A stretch of 64,000 nucleotides of DNA from contig MEQL01000055.1 of assembly GCA_001770205.1 (NCBI GenBank), forward strand, positions 1 to 64,000, read 5' to 3'. The translations under genes and the position numbers were made by a program. Under the pieces are notes generated by a model, which saw nothing but the letters and a program-made list of their open reading frames with translations, had not been told where the DNA came from and made no database searches. Below, piece by piece: positions 29,283 to 38,733 of this stretch; positions within the stretch are counted from its first letter, which is position 1; every line of letters begins with the position of its first letter. This DNA is from Bdellovibrionales bacterium RIFOXYD12_FULL_39_22. GTDB lineage: Bacteria > Bdellovibrionota > Bacteriovoracia > Bacteriovoracales > Bacteriovoracaceae.

Positions 29283-30413
29283 ATGAATAAAGTTGAAGAT
29301 TTTTATAAACTACTCCGCGAACATAACATCGATTTTTTTGCAGGAGTTCCTGATTCTTTTTTACAAAATTTTTGCGCCTATATTTCTAATAACGTCGATA
29401 GCAAAATGCACCTCACGGCGGCCAATGAAGGCGGTGCCATTGCGCTGGCCGTTGGACATCATTTGGCCACCGGGAAAATTCCACTTGTCTATATGCAAAA
29501 CTCTGGGCTGGGCAATGCGGTAAATCCACTCCTTTCCTTAGCAGACCCCGAGGTCTATTCCATCCCAATGGTTTTATTAATTGGTTGGCGCGGCCGTCCT
29601 GGCGAAAAAGATGAGCCTCAACATGTAAAACAAGGCCGTGTGCAAAATGCACTATTAGAGGCGATGGAGATTAAATATCAAATTCTTGGCAATAATTATC
29701 AAGAAAGTGTTAACGATTTGATCAATTATGCAAAAGAGTCCAAGCGGCCAGTGGCATTTATATGCCCTAAAGATTTTTGGGAAAAAGAGCAATACCCTAA
29801 AGCAAACGCTGGGTATGATTATAAGTTGCCTCGTGAAACGGCAATTGAAAAAATTGCCTTGGCCTGTAAAGATTCTTTAATCGTCTCTACTACCGGGAAA
29901 GCATCACGCGAACTTTTTGAAATTCGCAAAAAATATAATTTGCCACACAATAGCGATTTTTTAACGGTTGGTAGTATGGGACATTGCTCACAAATTGCCT
30001 TGGGATTGGCAAAATTCACCTCTAAAAATGTTGTCTGCCTGGATGGTGATGGCGCGCTGATTATGCATTTAGGAGCACTACCTATCATCGGCTCTCAATC
30101 CCCTGAAAATTTATTGCATATCCTATTAAACAATGGTGCCCATGAGTCTGTCGGTGGACAGGCCACCGTCGCTTTCAGCTATGATTTCTCCAAAGTAGCG
30201 GCCAACTTTGGATATAAAAATTTTGCGCTAGTAGATAACGAAGATGACTTAATTTCTACCTTAAACAAAATGAAGCATTCTCCTGGACCTAATTTTATCG
30301 AAGTTCGCCTATCAACCCACTCTCGCAAAGACCTCGGTCGCCCAACAGAAACGCCAATTAATAACAAAAACAGTTTTATGGAATTAGTTAAAAAAAATGA
30401 CAAACATAAATGA
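29283..30413 (+). CDS. aepY: Phosphonopyruvate decarboxylase
   Basis: GVPDS, ANEGGA, YMQNSGLGN, DEPQHVKQG, STTGKASRELF, DFLTVGSMGH, HESVGGQ, LGRP. Confidence 0.95.
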   Translation: MNKVEDFYKLLREHNIDFFAGVPDSFLQNFCAYISNNVDSKMHLTAANEGGAIALAVGHHLATGKIPLVYMQNSGLGNAVNPLLSLADPEVYSIPMVLLIGWRGRPGEKDEPQHVKQGRVQNALLEAMEIKYQILGNNYQESVNDLINYAKESKRPVAFICPKDFWEKEQYPKANAGYDYKLPRETAIEKIALACKDSLIVSTTGKASRELFEIRKKYNLPHNSDFLTVGSMGHCSQIALGLAKFTSKNVVCLDGDGALIMHLGALPIIGSQSPENLLHILLNNGAHESVGGQATVAFSYDFSKVAANFGYKNFALVDNEDDLISTLNKMKHSPGPNFIEVRLSTHSRKDLGRPTETPINNKNSFMELVKKNDKHK

Positions 30414-31509
30414 AATTTTTAATCCAGTAAAAGTTTTTGCGGGAAGAGGGGCCATCGATAAACTTCCGGCAATTTTAGACAAAAGACGTTATGCCATTTT
30501 ATCCAGCAATGTTTTTTTGCGCATGAATTGGCAGCGCTTTTTCCCTCATGCCCAAATCCAAGTTACCTCTGTAAAATCTAATCCTACCGTTGATGATTTG
30601 TTAAAACATCTAAAAGAATTTAGCTCTTTTGAAGGCGATACCATCGTAGCAATTGGTGGCGGTAGCGTAATTGATGTTGCAAAAGTTTTAAGCGTTGTTA
30701 AAACTAATAATAAAAACGTACTGCTTGAATACTTGCAAAACAGCAAAAAAGTAGAGAAAAAAAATTATGACTTAATTGCTATTCCAACTACTGCCGGAAC
30801 CGGCTCCGAGGTAACTCCCTTCGCTACCATCTGGGATGAGACAAGCAAGAAAAAGTATTCGATTAACTCTCCTCTTATTTTCCCACAGATTGCCATCGTT
30901 GATAGTGACTTAATGAGTTCTTTGGATTTTTCTCTTACGGCCATAACCGGCCTTGATGCGCTATCTCATGCTTTCGAATCATTATGGAATAAAAACTGGA
31001 CAGTCTACAATAAGGCCCTTGCATTAGAGGCCATCAATAATATTTTAGATCATCTTCCGCCACTGCTTGATGATTTGACTAACGCTCAACATCGAGAAAA
31101 AATAAGTTATGCCAGTCTCTTGGCCGGGCTTTGTATTAGTCATACCAAGACGGCCATTGCGCATTCCATCTCCTATCCGCTGACCCTACATCTTAACGCT
31201 CCTCATGGACTAGCGGCCGGGGCCTTCTTGCCACAAATTTTTGAGCTTAATTTGAAAAAAGATAGTAACGATCACATGCAATCTATTTTAACGGAACTAT
31301 CTGGTGCCAACAGATTAGCGGCCCGACTAGATCGATTATATCAAAAACTTGATGCCAAAAATCTTTTCGCTCTTTTGCACGAAAATAGAGAAAAAGTTTT
31401 TGCTCTTATCCCAGAAATGTTTGATCCCAACCGAGCACTAAATAATCTAACAGCTCTTTCTCTTGATGATATTGAATTAATTCTAAGTAACTTTTTTTAT
31501 AAAAAATAA
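30397..31509 (+). CDS. Phosphonoacetaldehyde reductase (iron-containing ADH, PhpC/FomC-like)
   Basis: GGGSVIDVAK, IPTTAGTGSE, DALSHAFESLW, TAIAHSISYP, PHG; overlaps aepY. Confidence 0.85.
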   Translation: MTNINEIFNPVKVFAGRGAIDKLPAILDKRRYAILSSNVFLRMNWQRFFPHAQIQVTSVKSNPTVDDLLKHLKEFSSFEGDTIVAIGGGSVIDVAKVLSVVKTNNKNVLLEYLQNSKKVEKKNYDLIAIPTTAGTGSEVTPFATIWDETSKKKYSINSPLIFPQIAIVDSDLMSSLDFSLTAITGLDALSHAFESLWNKNWTVYNKALALEAINNILDHLPPLLDDLTNAQHREKISYASLLAGLCISHTKTAIAHSISYPLTLHLNAPHGLAAGAFLPQIFELNLKKDSNDHMQSILTELSGANRLAARLDRLYQKLDAKNLFALLHENREKVFALIPEMFDPNRALNNLTALSLDDIELILSNFFYKK

Positions 31510-31526
31510 CCGCTTGGAGTAGCACA

Positions 31527-32663
31527 ATGGGAATCTTCCATGAAATAGGTGAAGCAATAAGATATTTTAGCGCTAGTAAAAAACACCCGGAAATTACTTT
31601 TTATTCCGAAAGCGGAATTTATTATCAGAACTTTCGTGCCACTATTGATGAATTACTGGCAAAATCTGGTTACACTCTTTTGTATATAACCTCTGATCAA
31701 AAAGATCCCATTTGGGAAATTGCTAAAAAAAATAACCGCCTTCGCCCCTTTTTTATAAAAGGACTCTTGCCAATTATTTTCCCTTTCATTAGTACTAAAA
31801 CAGTCATTCTTACTATGAGTGATTTACATAATTTTCACATCAAGCGCTCTACTAACCAAGTAAATCACATCTATATTTTTCATGCGATAAATAGCACTCA
31901 TATGGTCTATAATCCTCGGGCGTTTGACCACTACGACACTATCTTTTGCGTAGGTAAACATCACACTGAAGAAATTCGCAAAACTGAAGAAATCTATAAA
32001 TTACCGGCCAAGACTCTCATAGACGTCGGTTATAGTTGGTTAGAAGATTTGGAAAGTGCATACAAAAACGCAACATCAATAAAAGCTAAATCTCGCCCGA
32101 AAATATTAATTGCTCCCTCCTGGAATGCCCAAAATCTTTTAGAGTCCTCTATCGATCCAATTCTTACCAAACTTTTACCTCATGATTTTGATCTTGTGCT
32201 AAGGCCTCACCCCGAATTTATAAAGCGCAAAGCGACACTTTTAAGTGCTATTATTGAAAAATATAGGGGCCACCACAATCTTGAGATTGAAACCGATTCG
32301 GCCCAAAGTAGTAGTGTTAAGGAGGCCGATCTTCTAATTACCGACTGGTCGGGTATTGGATTTGAGTTTTCTTTTTCTATGTTAAAACCTGTTATATACA
32401 TTCAAACTCCCATGAAAGTGCACAATCCAGATTATGAAAAAATTGGAATTGTTCCTCTCGAAATTAAAATTCGTCCTTTGGCCGGCGAAGTAGTTGAACT
32501 ATCCCGGGTGGATGAGATCGATCAAATTGTCATCCGGTCCCTGCAAGATAAAGAACGCAACAAAGAACAATTAATAAAATTGCGCTCTGATCATATTTTT
32601 AACTGGGGAAAGTCTGGTGCGGTTGGTGCAGATTATATAATTAACTACTGCCAGAAAAAATAA
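31527..32663 (+). CDS. CDP-glycerol:glycerophosphate transferase family protein (TagB/TagF-like)
   Basis: YIFH, ILIAPSW, LRPHP, DLLITDWSGIGFEF, KPV. Confidence 0.82.
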   Translation: MGIFHEIGEAIRYFSASKKHPEITFYSESGIYYQNFRATIDELLAKSGYTLLYITSDQKDPIWEIAKKNNRLRPFFIKGLLPIIFPFISTKTVILTMSDLHNFHIKRSTNQVNHIYIFHAINSTHMVYNPRAFDHYDTIFCVGKHHTEEIRKTEEIYKLPAKTLIDVGYSWLEDLESAYKNATSIKAKSRPKILIAPSWNAQNLLESSIDPILTKLLPHDFDLVLRPHPEFIKRKATLLSAIIEKYRGHHNLEIETDSAQSSSVKEADLLITDWSGIGFEFSFSMLKPVIYIQTPMKVHNPDYEKIGIVPLEIKIRPLAGEVVELSRVDEIDQIVIRSLQDKERNKEQLIKLRSDHIFNWGKSGAVGADYIINYCQKK

Positions 32664-32689
32664 TATCCGAAGAGTAGCTAGGGGAAAAA

Positions 32690-33523
32690 TCAGATGCCCA
32701 AGAATGCCATTACTTTTTGCAGATCACTCCAAGTTGTGCGTTTCATATTGGGATTGATAATCAAAAGCTCTGGATGAAAAATGGGAACAAGATCAAATTT
32801 ATGTACTCGATTTTTATAACCAATACTTTTAGGATAAAAGTTACCATGTACTAATGATAGTCTAGAGTCGGGCCCTAGAAAAAACTTGGTCGGAATCGCA
32901 CCCATTGTAATAACCACTTGTGGCCGATAATAAAAAATCTCATAGTGTAGATAATTTAAACAATTAGAATAACTGCCTTCAAAATTTTGTAAATCACCCT
33001 CTAGTAGTGAACATTTTATTGAATAACTTTTTAAATAATCACCCTGAGCAAACTTCATGGCCGCGATCATTTTATCGAGCAGATCATCTTGCTGCTCAAC
33101 CAAAGCTCGACTTTTTTCATCAACAATTCGCGGATAGTCCAGAACAAACAACGCCTTTATTTTTTTGCCACTACCAAGATTATCATATTGCGCAGAGGAT
33201 ATATCCAAACGCTTTATGCGCTTAGCTGCGTCCAGATGGAAGCAGCTATGGCAACTGCTAATAATTTCTCCCAACTGCGTAGGAGAATCCATTCCAATAT
33301 CTTTTAAAATGATGTCCGCCCCCATTAAGGCAAAATCATCGGCCACCTCGGGCCCGCTTTCGGCATCTTGCTCAACTTCATTGCCATCAAGATTATCTAT
33401 AGGCAAACAAAACTCTTCCTGCGCGGAAGATTCTGCCCAGTAAGCGGGAGGAAACAGCTCTTCTAGAAAAGACTTTTTTTCGCTAAAAAAACTATTATTT
33501 TGAACTTTAAATATTTCTTCCAT
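32690..33523 (-). CDS. Uracil-DNA glycosylase family 4-like protein
   Basis: CHSC, LLDKMIAAM, IKC, RPQVVITMG, PIFHPELL...W.DL. Confidence 0.8.
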   Translation of the reverse strand: MEEIFKVQNNSFFSEKKSFLEELFPPAYWAESSAQEEFCLPIDNLDGNEVEQDAESGPEVADDFALMGADIILKDIGMDSPTQLGEIISSCHSCFHLDAAKRIKRLDISSAQYDNLGSGKKIKALFVLDYPRIVDEKSRALVEQQDDLLDKMIAAMKFAQGDYLKSYSIKCSLLEGDLQNFEGSYSNCLNYLHYEIFYYRPQVVITMGAIPTKFFLGPDSRLSLVHGNFYPKSIGYKNRVHKFDLVPIFHPELLIINPNMKRTTWSDLQKVMAFLGI

Positions 33524-33608
33524 AAATTTTAGTAAAAAAAATTGCCTACCACTTTTATGGAAAAAAAATCCATAAGTCCACAGTTAAAGTATAAAAAAAT
33601 TAAATCTG

Positions 33609-33635
33609 TAAAGTTACCATTTCATCTTCCGAAAG
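33609..33635 (+). promoter_or_regulatory. sigma28/FliA-like promoter
   Basis: TAAA-N15-TCCGAAAG. Confidence 0.6.
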
Positions 33636-33696
33636 TTTTAATCAGAAGTGATTGATGTTCAGACTTAATGCGGACGTTTTTTCATTGAGGAGTTAT

Positions 33697-33918
33697 ATGT
33701 CATCATCTGAAATGGATTTAGATTATAAAATTGAACTGTTCGAAGAGTATTACGGTGATGTGGATCATGTGAAAAAACTCATGAATGAGTGCAACATATG
33801 TAGTTCTAAATTAGTTCTCTCTCATCTCTCCGATTATACCAACATGGTGATCAAAGAGACGGCAAGATGCCCTGAGTGTGGTTCTAATAACCGAAAATTT
33901 GTACACATCATAAACTAA
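33697..33918 (+). CDS. Small zinc-ribbon protein
   Basis: CNIC...CPEC; GAGGAG RBS before ATG 33697. Confidence 0.75.
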   Translation: MSSSEMDLDYKIELFEEYYGDVDHVKKLMNECNICSSKLVLSHLSDYTNMVIKETARCPECGSNNRKFVHIIN

Positions 33919-33933
33919 ATAATCTAGGAAAAA

Positions 33934-35634
33934 CTATTTAAAAAGACGCTGACGCTCTTTTTTATGGTGCAGTCGCCGAGAAAAACGATGTGCTTCATCT
34001 CGCATGGCAACAAGAATCGAAAACAAAGCTCGATTTTTGGAAAGTTCATAAGGATTAGTTCGCCCAGGGAGATATAGTCGCTCGACACTTCGCTCCACCT
34101 TTTCTCCCTTGCTTCCAGCATCCTTTCCCCGATGAATTACTTTTGACTTTGCAATTGCGACACAGGGTATTTTTAACCCCCAATCGCTTAACACACCAAC
34201 AAAAACTGCCAATTGTCCTCGCCCCCCGTCAACAACAAAAACATCCGGAAGATTACCATGGCCAATTCTACGCCCCAACAACTCTTTTAACATTTCAAAA
34301 TCATTATTGCCTTCTGGCCGTTCTTCTAAATGATAATGACGATATTGTTTTTTATCTGGCACTCCGTTATAAAAAACTACTTGTGCGGCAGTTGGAGATT
34401 TTCCCTGCCAAATGGCAACATCAAATGCTTCCAAAATAATTGGACGCTCAGCTAGTCCAAGTAGTTTCTGCAACACTTCCAGCCCCTCATAACGATTTGT
34501 ATTATTTTTTTTGCGAAACAGTTGATACTCCTGCGCATTTTTCAAGGTCGCATCTATCAACAATTGATTAGCATTTGACGGGAGTATGGCCGTTGTTGCC
34601 ACAGGATCTATTATGGACAACGCTTTGGATAATAAATCATTTTTTTCGCTGGAAAAATTGGTCACTATTTTCGGAGGAATTCCACCATTATCTTCAGTAT
34701 AGTATTGCAAAACTAAAGTTAAAACTTCATCCTCAACATCATCTTGCTCACTAAAACAGCTTTCTCTCGAAAAATATAAACTTTTGTTTCCCACTAAAAT
34801 ATTATTTCTTATTGTACTAATTACAACATCAACCAACTCTCCAGCATAAAAAGCAACACAATCTAAATCGGAAACTCCACCCCCAAGATTTAGCTCAACA
34901 CTATTTTGCCCATAGTTTTGCTTAACGAATGTCGATAGAACGGCAATATCATCACGCAAAGTGGCGGCATACTCAAAATGCTCTTGTTTTGCATGTGCCA
35001 ACATTTCTTGTTCCATTCTTTTTATAATTTTAAAACTCTTACCTTCAAAAAAATCCAAGGCCCCTCGCAAAGCGACTTCATACTCCTGAGCAGAAATAAG
35101 CTTTACGCACGGAGCACTACACTGGCCAAGCTGTTGCAGGAGGCAAGCTTGTTTTTTTGACTTAAACTCACTCAGAGAGCAATCTCGTAGTTTGAAAAAT
35201 TTAATTAGAATTTTTATAACTAGCGAAATATTGCTCCCCGTAGGAAAAGGCCCCCAGGTTTTTCGCAAGGCCCCACTTTTTACTCGTCGCAAATACTTCA
35301 GGGTTGGAAAATCCTCATTAAAATCGACAGCAAGATATGGATAGCTTTTATCGTCTTTTAAAAGAATATTATATTTGGGTAGATATTTTTTAATTAAATT
35401 ATTTTCCAACACAAAGGCCTCTGCCTCCGTTGCTGTGACAATAAAGTCAAATTTCTTGATATGTTTAATCAATAACTCGTTTTTTAAGTTTTTCTGCGAA
35501 TTATTAAAATAAGAAACAACTCTTGCTTTTAAGCTCTTTGCCTTACCAACGTAAATAACCTGGCCATCTTCTCTTTTCATTAAATAACATCCAGGAAGTG
35601 ACGGAAGATTATTTGCTTGCTCTTGCAGATTCAA
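33934..35634 (-). CDS. uvrC: Excinuclease ABC subunit C (lacks C-terminal HhH)
   Basis: GIY-YIG (PGCYLM...YVGKAK), YNILLKDDKSYPY, UVR domain, VDGGRGQ, RDEAHRF; TTG 35634 follows GGAGA. Confidence 0.95.
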   Translation of the reverse strand: MNLQEQANNLPSLPGCYLMKREDGQVIYVGKAKSLKARVVSYFNNSQKNLKNELLIKHIKKFDFIVTATEAEAFVLENNLIKKYLPKYNILLKDDKSYPYLAVDFNEDFPTLKYLRRVKSGALRKTWGPFPTGSNISLVIKILIKFFKLRDCSLSEFKSKKQACLLQQLGQCSAPCVKLISAQEYEVALRGALDFFEGKSFKIIKRMEQEMLAHAKQEHFEYAATLRDDIAVLSTFVKQNYGQNSVELNLGGGVSDLDCVAFYAGELVDVVISTIRNNILVGNKSLYFSRESCFSEQDDVEDEVLTLVLQYYTEDNGGIPPKIVTNFSSEKNDLLSKALSIIDPVATTAILPSNANQLLIDATLKNAQEYQLFRKKNNTNRYEGLEVLQKLLGLAERPIILEAFDVAIWQGKSPTAAQVVFYNGVPDKKQYRHYHLEERPEGNNDFEMLKELLGRRIGHGNLPDVFVVDGGRGQLAVFVGVLSDWGLKIPCVAIAKSKVIHRGKDAGSKGEKVERSVERLYLPGRTNPYELSKNRALFSILVAMRDEAHRFSRRLHHKKERQRLFK

Positions 35635-35669
35635 GGTTATTCTCCAGGGCAATGAACATTTACATTCTG

Positions 35670-35702
35670 TACTTTCTTACTTTCTTTACTTTCTTTACTT
35701 TC
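35670..35702. repeat. Short tandem repeat (TACTTTCTT-like unit, about 3.7 copies) upstream of uvrC
   Basis: tactttcttactttctttactttctttactttc. Confidence 0.7.
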
Positions 35703-35824
35703 AACAGGTTTAGTTATAATATGTCCCGTTTCTTCTAGTCAAAAGTAACACAATTGTTGAAGTACAACAGCTCTTCATTGTCCCAGAGAACTGTCGCTTT
35801 AACAACAAACCTATAGGGGTCTTT

Positions 35825-36241
35825 ATGTCTGATGTTGCGGTAGGAAAAGAGGTTTTATCACAGTGTAGTAAATGCAAACTTGCCCTAGCACATCTGATCG
35901 TCTCGATGAAAAGCGATTCGGCCATCGGCAAGGTAAAATGCAAAACTTGCCAATCAATTCATGCCTACAAGGATCCATCTAAATCCAAAAGTAGACAACT
36001 AAGAACATCCAAAATTTCTTCCAAACGTCCAGAACAATCTATCTCCGATATCTGGCTAGAGGCCGTTAATAAGTCCCAAACTAAGTCTCGCCCCTACGCA
36101 ATGAACACTCACTTTATGGTTGGCGATATTCTCGATCATCCACAATTTGGCCCGGGGGTAGTTGAACGTTTAATTGATTCAAATAAAATTGAAGTTATAT
36201 TCCGCCATCAAATTAAAACATTGATGCATAACAAGAAATAA
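35825..36241 (+). CDS. Conserved hypothetical Zn-ribbon protein
   Basis: CSKC...CKTCQSIH and C-terminal GDILDHPQFGPGVV. Confidence 0.75.
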   Translation: MSDVAVGKEVLSQCSKCKLALAHLIVSMKSDSAIGKVKCKTCQSIHAYKDPSKSKSRQLRTSKISSKRPEQSISDIWLEAVNKSQTKSRPYAMNTHFMVGDILDHPQFGPGVVERLIDSNKIEVIFRHQIKTLMHNKK

Positions 36242-36256
36242 TTTCAAAGAAAACTT

Positions 36257-37723
36257 CTACCAACCTAGATAAGCGCCACCACTGATTCCAAAAGTTCCAC
36301 CCATATTGCCCATAGCATAAGGGGCCCCGCCCATTCCGTAATAACCACCACCACCAACTCCATACATTCCTCGATTTAGATCACTGGCCGCGTTGGTGTA
36401 ATTTTGATAAAGCGCAGCTCCGGCCATCTGATTCCCCTGCATATTTGTCTGAGAACGAGAAAACTCATCCCCTTGTTGCTGCCAAATTGCCTGTTGTTGC
36501 AATTGCTGTTGCTGATAGTAGCTACTACCACCACTATTCCATCCACCGGTATTGCCCCAATAACCGCTATTGCCCATTCCGTTATAACCAATTCCCATTG
36601 CTCCATTGTAGCCACTCATTCCACCATAAGGATTGCCATAAGGAAGTCCACCGGCATAATACCCCCCACCACCGCCGGGAATACCTGCACCGTAATATGC
36701 ACCTCCGGCCGGAACCCCGTAGTATCCACCACCATAAGGCATTCCTCCCGCTCCAATATTGAGGCCACCACCAGCTCCAATGCCAAAATTAATTCCGCCC
36801 CCAATTCCCATTTGTGGAATATTCATTCCCATCATTCCCATACCTCCCATCATTGGCATACCAAGGCCCACTCCTAATCCTACGCCCATCCCCATACCGG
36901 CACCAATTCCGGGATATCCCATGGCCGGCATCCCGTAGTAACCGCCAACTCCTGGATAGCCAAGGCCTGCTCCTGGCATACCTGCGTAGTAGCCACCACC
37001 AATATTGCCCCCAATTCCCAAATTAATTCCAGCTCCAGGATAGAGCCCTCCTCCCATTATTCCTCCAAGACCTAGGCCCAGGCCAAGTCCCAATCCAAGT
37101 CCTGCTCCTCCTATAGAACCAGAACCCATCATACCGGAACCATAGTATGGGCCGGCCATTCCAGATAAAAAGCCTGGAGAATATCCTGCTGATGCATAAC
37201 CGTTACCCACTCCCCCAAAGCCAGAAGGATAAAACCCCCCCATACCAGCATAAGCAGAAGGACTCATCAAAGTCCCATTACATCCGGCCGTAAAATCTGA
37301 GGCCTGATCTGGTGTCATGGGTGGCGCACCACGCTCTGTTAAATAACTCGAATATGCTCCGAATTGGCTAGTGCAAGCAGCATAACCAGCTGTATATCGA
37401 GAAGAATAAGCGTCGGCCCACCCCATCTGTGTATCTTTGTAAGCATCTGACCACATATAGTTTATACCTAAGTAGGCCAGCGGACTGGCCACTATGCCTA
37501 AGGCCTCTACCCAAGCTGGAGTGCTACTTGGTGGTTCCAAGCACTCTGCACAAAAATCTGCTCCTTGAGTTTCATATCCATTCACAATGGCCAAGCAATA
37601 GGCAATGAACTGATCTTTCTCAATATTCTCACACTGCTCTGGGATTGTTCCCGCCCCCGCTCTTCCAATGAGAAATAGCGAAATAATCAGGGCCATGGCA
37701 TTTTTACTTTTCATAAATCTCAT
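36257..37723 (-). CDS. Secreted glycine-rich low-complexity protein
   Basis: Signal peptide, Cys-containing N-terminal region, long G/M/Y/L/P-rich tract, polyQ; GGGGAG RBS. Confidence 0.75.
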   Translation of the reverse strand: MRFMKSKNAMALIISLFLIGRAGAGTIPEQCENIEKDQFIAYCLAIVNGYETQGADFCAECLEPPSSTPAWVEALGIVASPLAYLGINYMWSDAYKDTQMGWADAYSSRYTAGYAACTSQFGAYSSYLTERGAPPMTPDQASDFTAGCNGTLMSPSAYAGMGGFYPSGFGGVGNGYASAGYSPGFLSGMAGPYYGSGMMGSGSIGGAGLGLGLGLGLGLGGIMGGGLYPGAGINLGIGGNIGGGYYAGMPGAGLGYPGVGGYYGMPAMGYPGIGAGMGMGVGLGVGLGMPMMGGMGMMGMNIPQMGIGGGINFGIGAGGGLNIGAGGMPYGGGYYGVPAGGAYYGAGIPGGGGGYYAGGLPYGNPYGGMSGYNGAMGIGYNGMGNSGYWGNTGGWNSGGSSYYQQQQLQQQAIWQQQGDEFSRSQTNMQGNQMAGAALYQNYTNAASDLNRGMYGVGGGGYYGMGGAPYAMGNMGGTFGISGGAYLGW

Positions 37724-37769
37724 ATAACTCTCCCCATTTAGGCCTACGAGTCTCCAAGCTTTCGATGAC

Positions 37770-37797
37770 TTTTCGGAGCATTACACCTAAAACTTGA
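37770..37797 (-). promoter_or_regulatory. sigma28/FliA-like promoter
   Basis: Minus strand TCAAG-N15-TCCGAAAA upstream of the Gly-rich gene. Confidence 0.55.
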
Positions 37798-37973
37798 GTG
37801 TTCTTTTCTGAAAATGGGCCAAATAGCTGTTGGCACACTAACAACGGAAAATCAGAAGATTAGAAGAAAAAAGATCACAAAACGCAAAGTTGCAAATGGA
37901 ATGAAATGGTCGGCCATTTTCCCTGTAAACAATAAATTACTATACAAATAGGATTAATAAAACGGGTGAAAAA

Positions 37974-38510
37974 CTAGGAAGGGGGAATATTCTTCTCTTC
38001 TGTTGATGCTGTAGATCCCTTAGCACTCTTTTTTTCCACCGCATCAAAAAATCGGTTTATCTCTTCTGCTACTTCAAAAAAATAGTCCTTTTTTCTTAAA
38101 TTAATATGTTTAAAAGTACTGCTACTTCCAGCAGTCAACGGGGTGGTGGCCATCTCTTCTCGCAAATCCTTGAGGTGATTGCATATATGATATAGTGGGC
38201 CGGCCACTCTGTTAGATATAACTAGCGCCGCCAAATAAAACATGCTGATACTAAAAATGCCTCCACAGATAAAAACAATCATCATCATAAATTGGAACTT
38301 TTCAAAAGCGATCATAAACGGATGATTCTCATCTAACCCCAAGGTATAAACTTCCGTCATAAGTGGACTATATTGCCAGATAAAAATCAAGGCCAACGTA
38401 AAAAAAACAGTGAACAATAAAACAAAAAATTGTCGAATCACACTTAACTGAAACTTTGGATTAATAAGCAAAGTCTTTCTACGATTAAAATTATTCTTTT
38501 TTTCTGACAT
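37974..38510 (-). CDS. Two-TM membrane protein with HAMP-like C-terminus
   Basis: RRKTLLINPKFQL...SNRVAGPLYHI...LRKKDYF; ATG 38510 follows GGAG. Confidence 0.75.
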   Translation of the reverse strand: MSEKKNNFNRRKTLLINPKFQLSVIRQFFVLLFTVFFTLALIFIWQYSPLMTEVYTLGLDENHPFMIAFEKFQFMMMIVFICGGIFSISMFYLAALVISNRVAGPLYHICNHLKDLREEMATTPLTAGSSSTFKHINLRKKDYFFEVAEEINRFFDAVEKKSAKGSTASTEEKNIPPS

Positions 38511-38588
38511 AATAATCTCCAATATAGCGCATCTAACAGGTAATTCTAACAAAGTTTGCGCGAAGATAAAGCAAGAAGTAGTTTCCCC

Positions 38589-38625
38589 ACATTATCCATA
38601 TACATTATCCATATACATTATCCAT
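38589..38625. repeat. 13-bp tandem repeat ACATTATCCATAT, about 3 copies
   Basis: acattatccatat acattatccatat acattatccat in a divergent intergenic region. Confidence 0.8.
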
Positions 38626-38733
38626 GTCCATTAATCATAAAATAATATGAGATAAAATTAGGCGGTCTCTTTGCTGTCCTTTCAAAAAATTTTATATTGC
38701 TAATAATTTACAATCCTTTATTATAATTAAGTA

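Noticed and set aside
35670..35702. Tandem repeat as a phase-variation switch for uvrC
   Set aside because: Few, imperfect copies and no evidence of length variation.
36404..37026. His/Thr-rich plus-strand ORFs
   Set aside because: Antisense artefacts of the Gly-rich gene.
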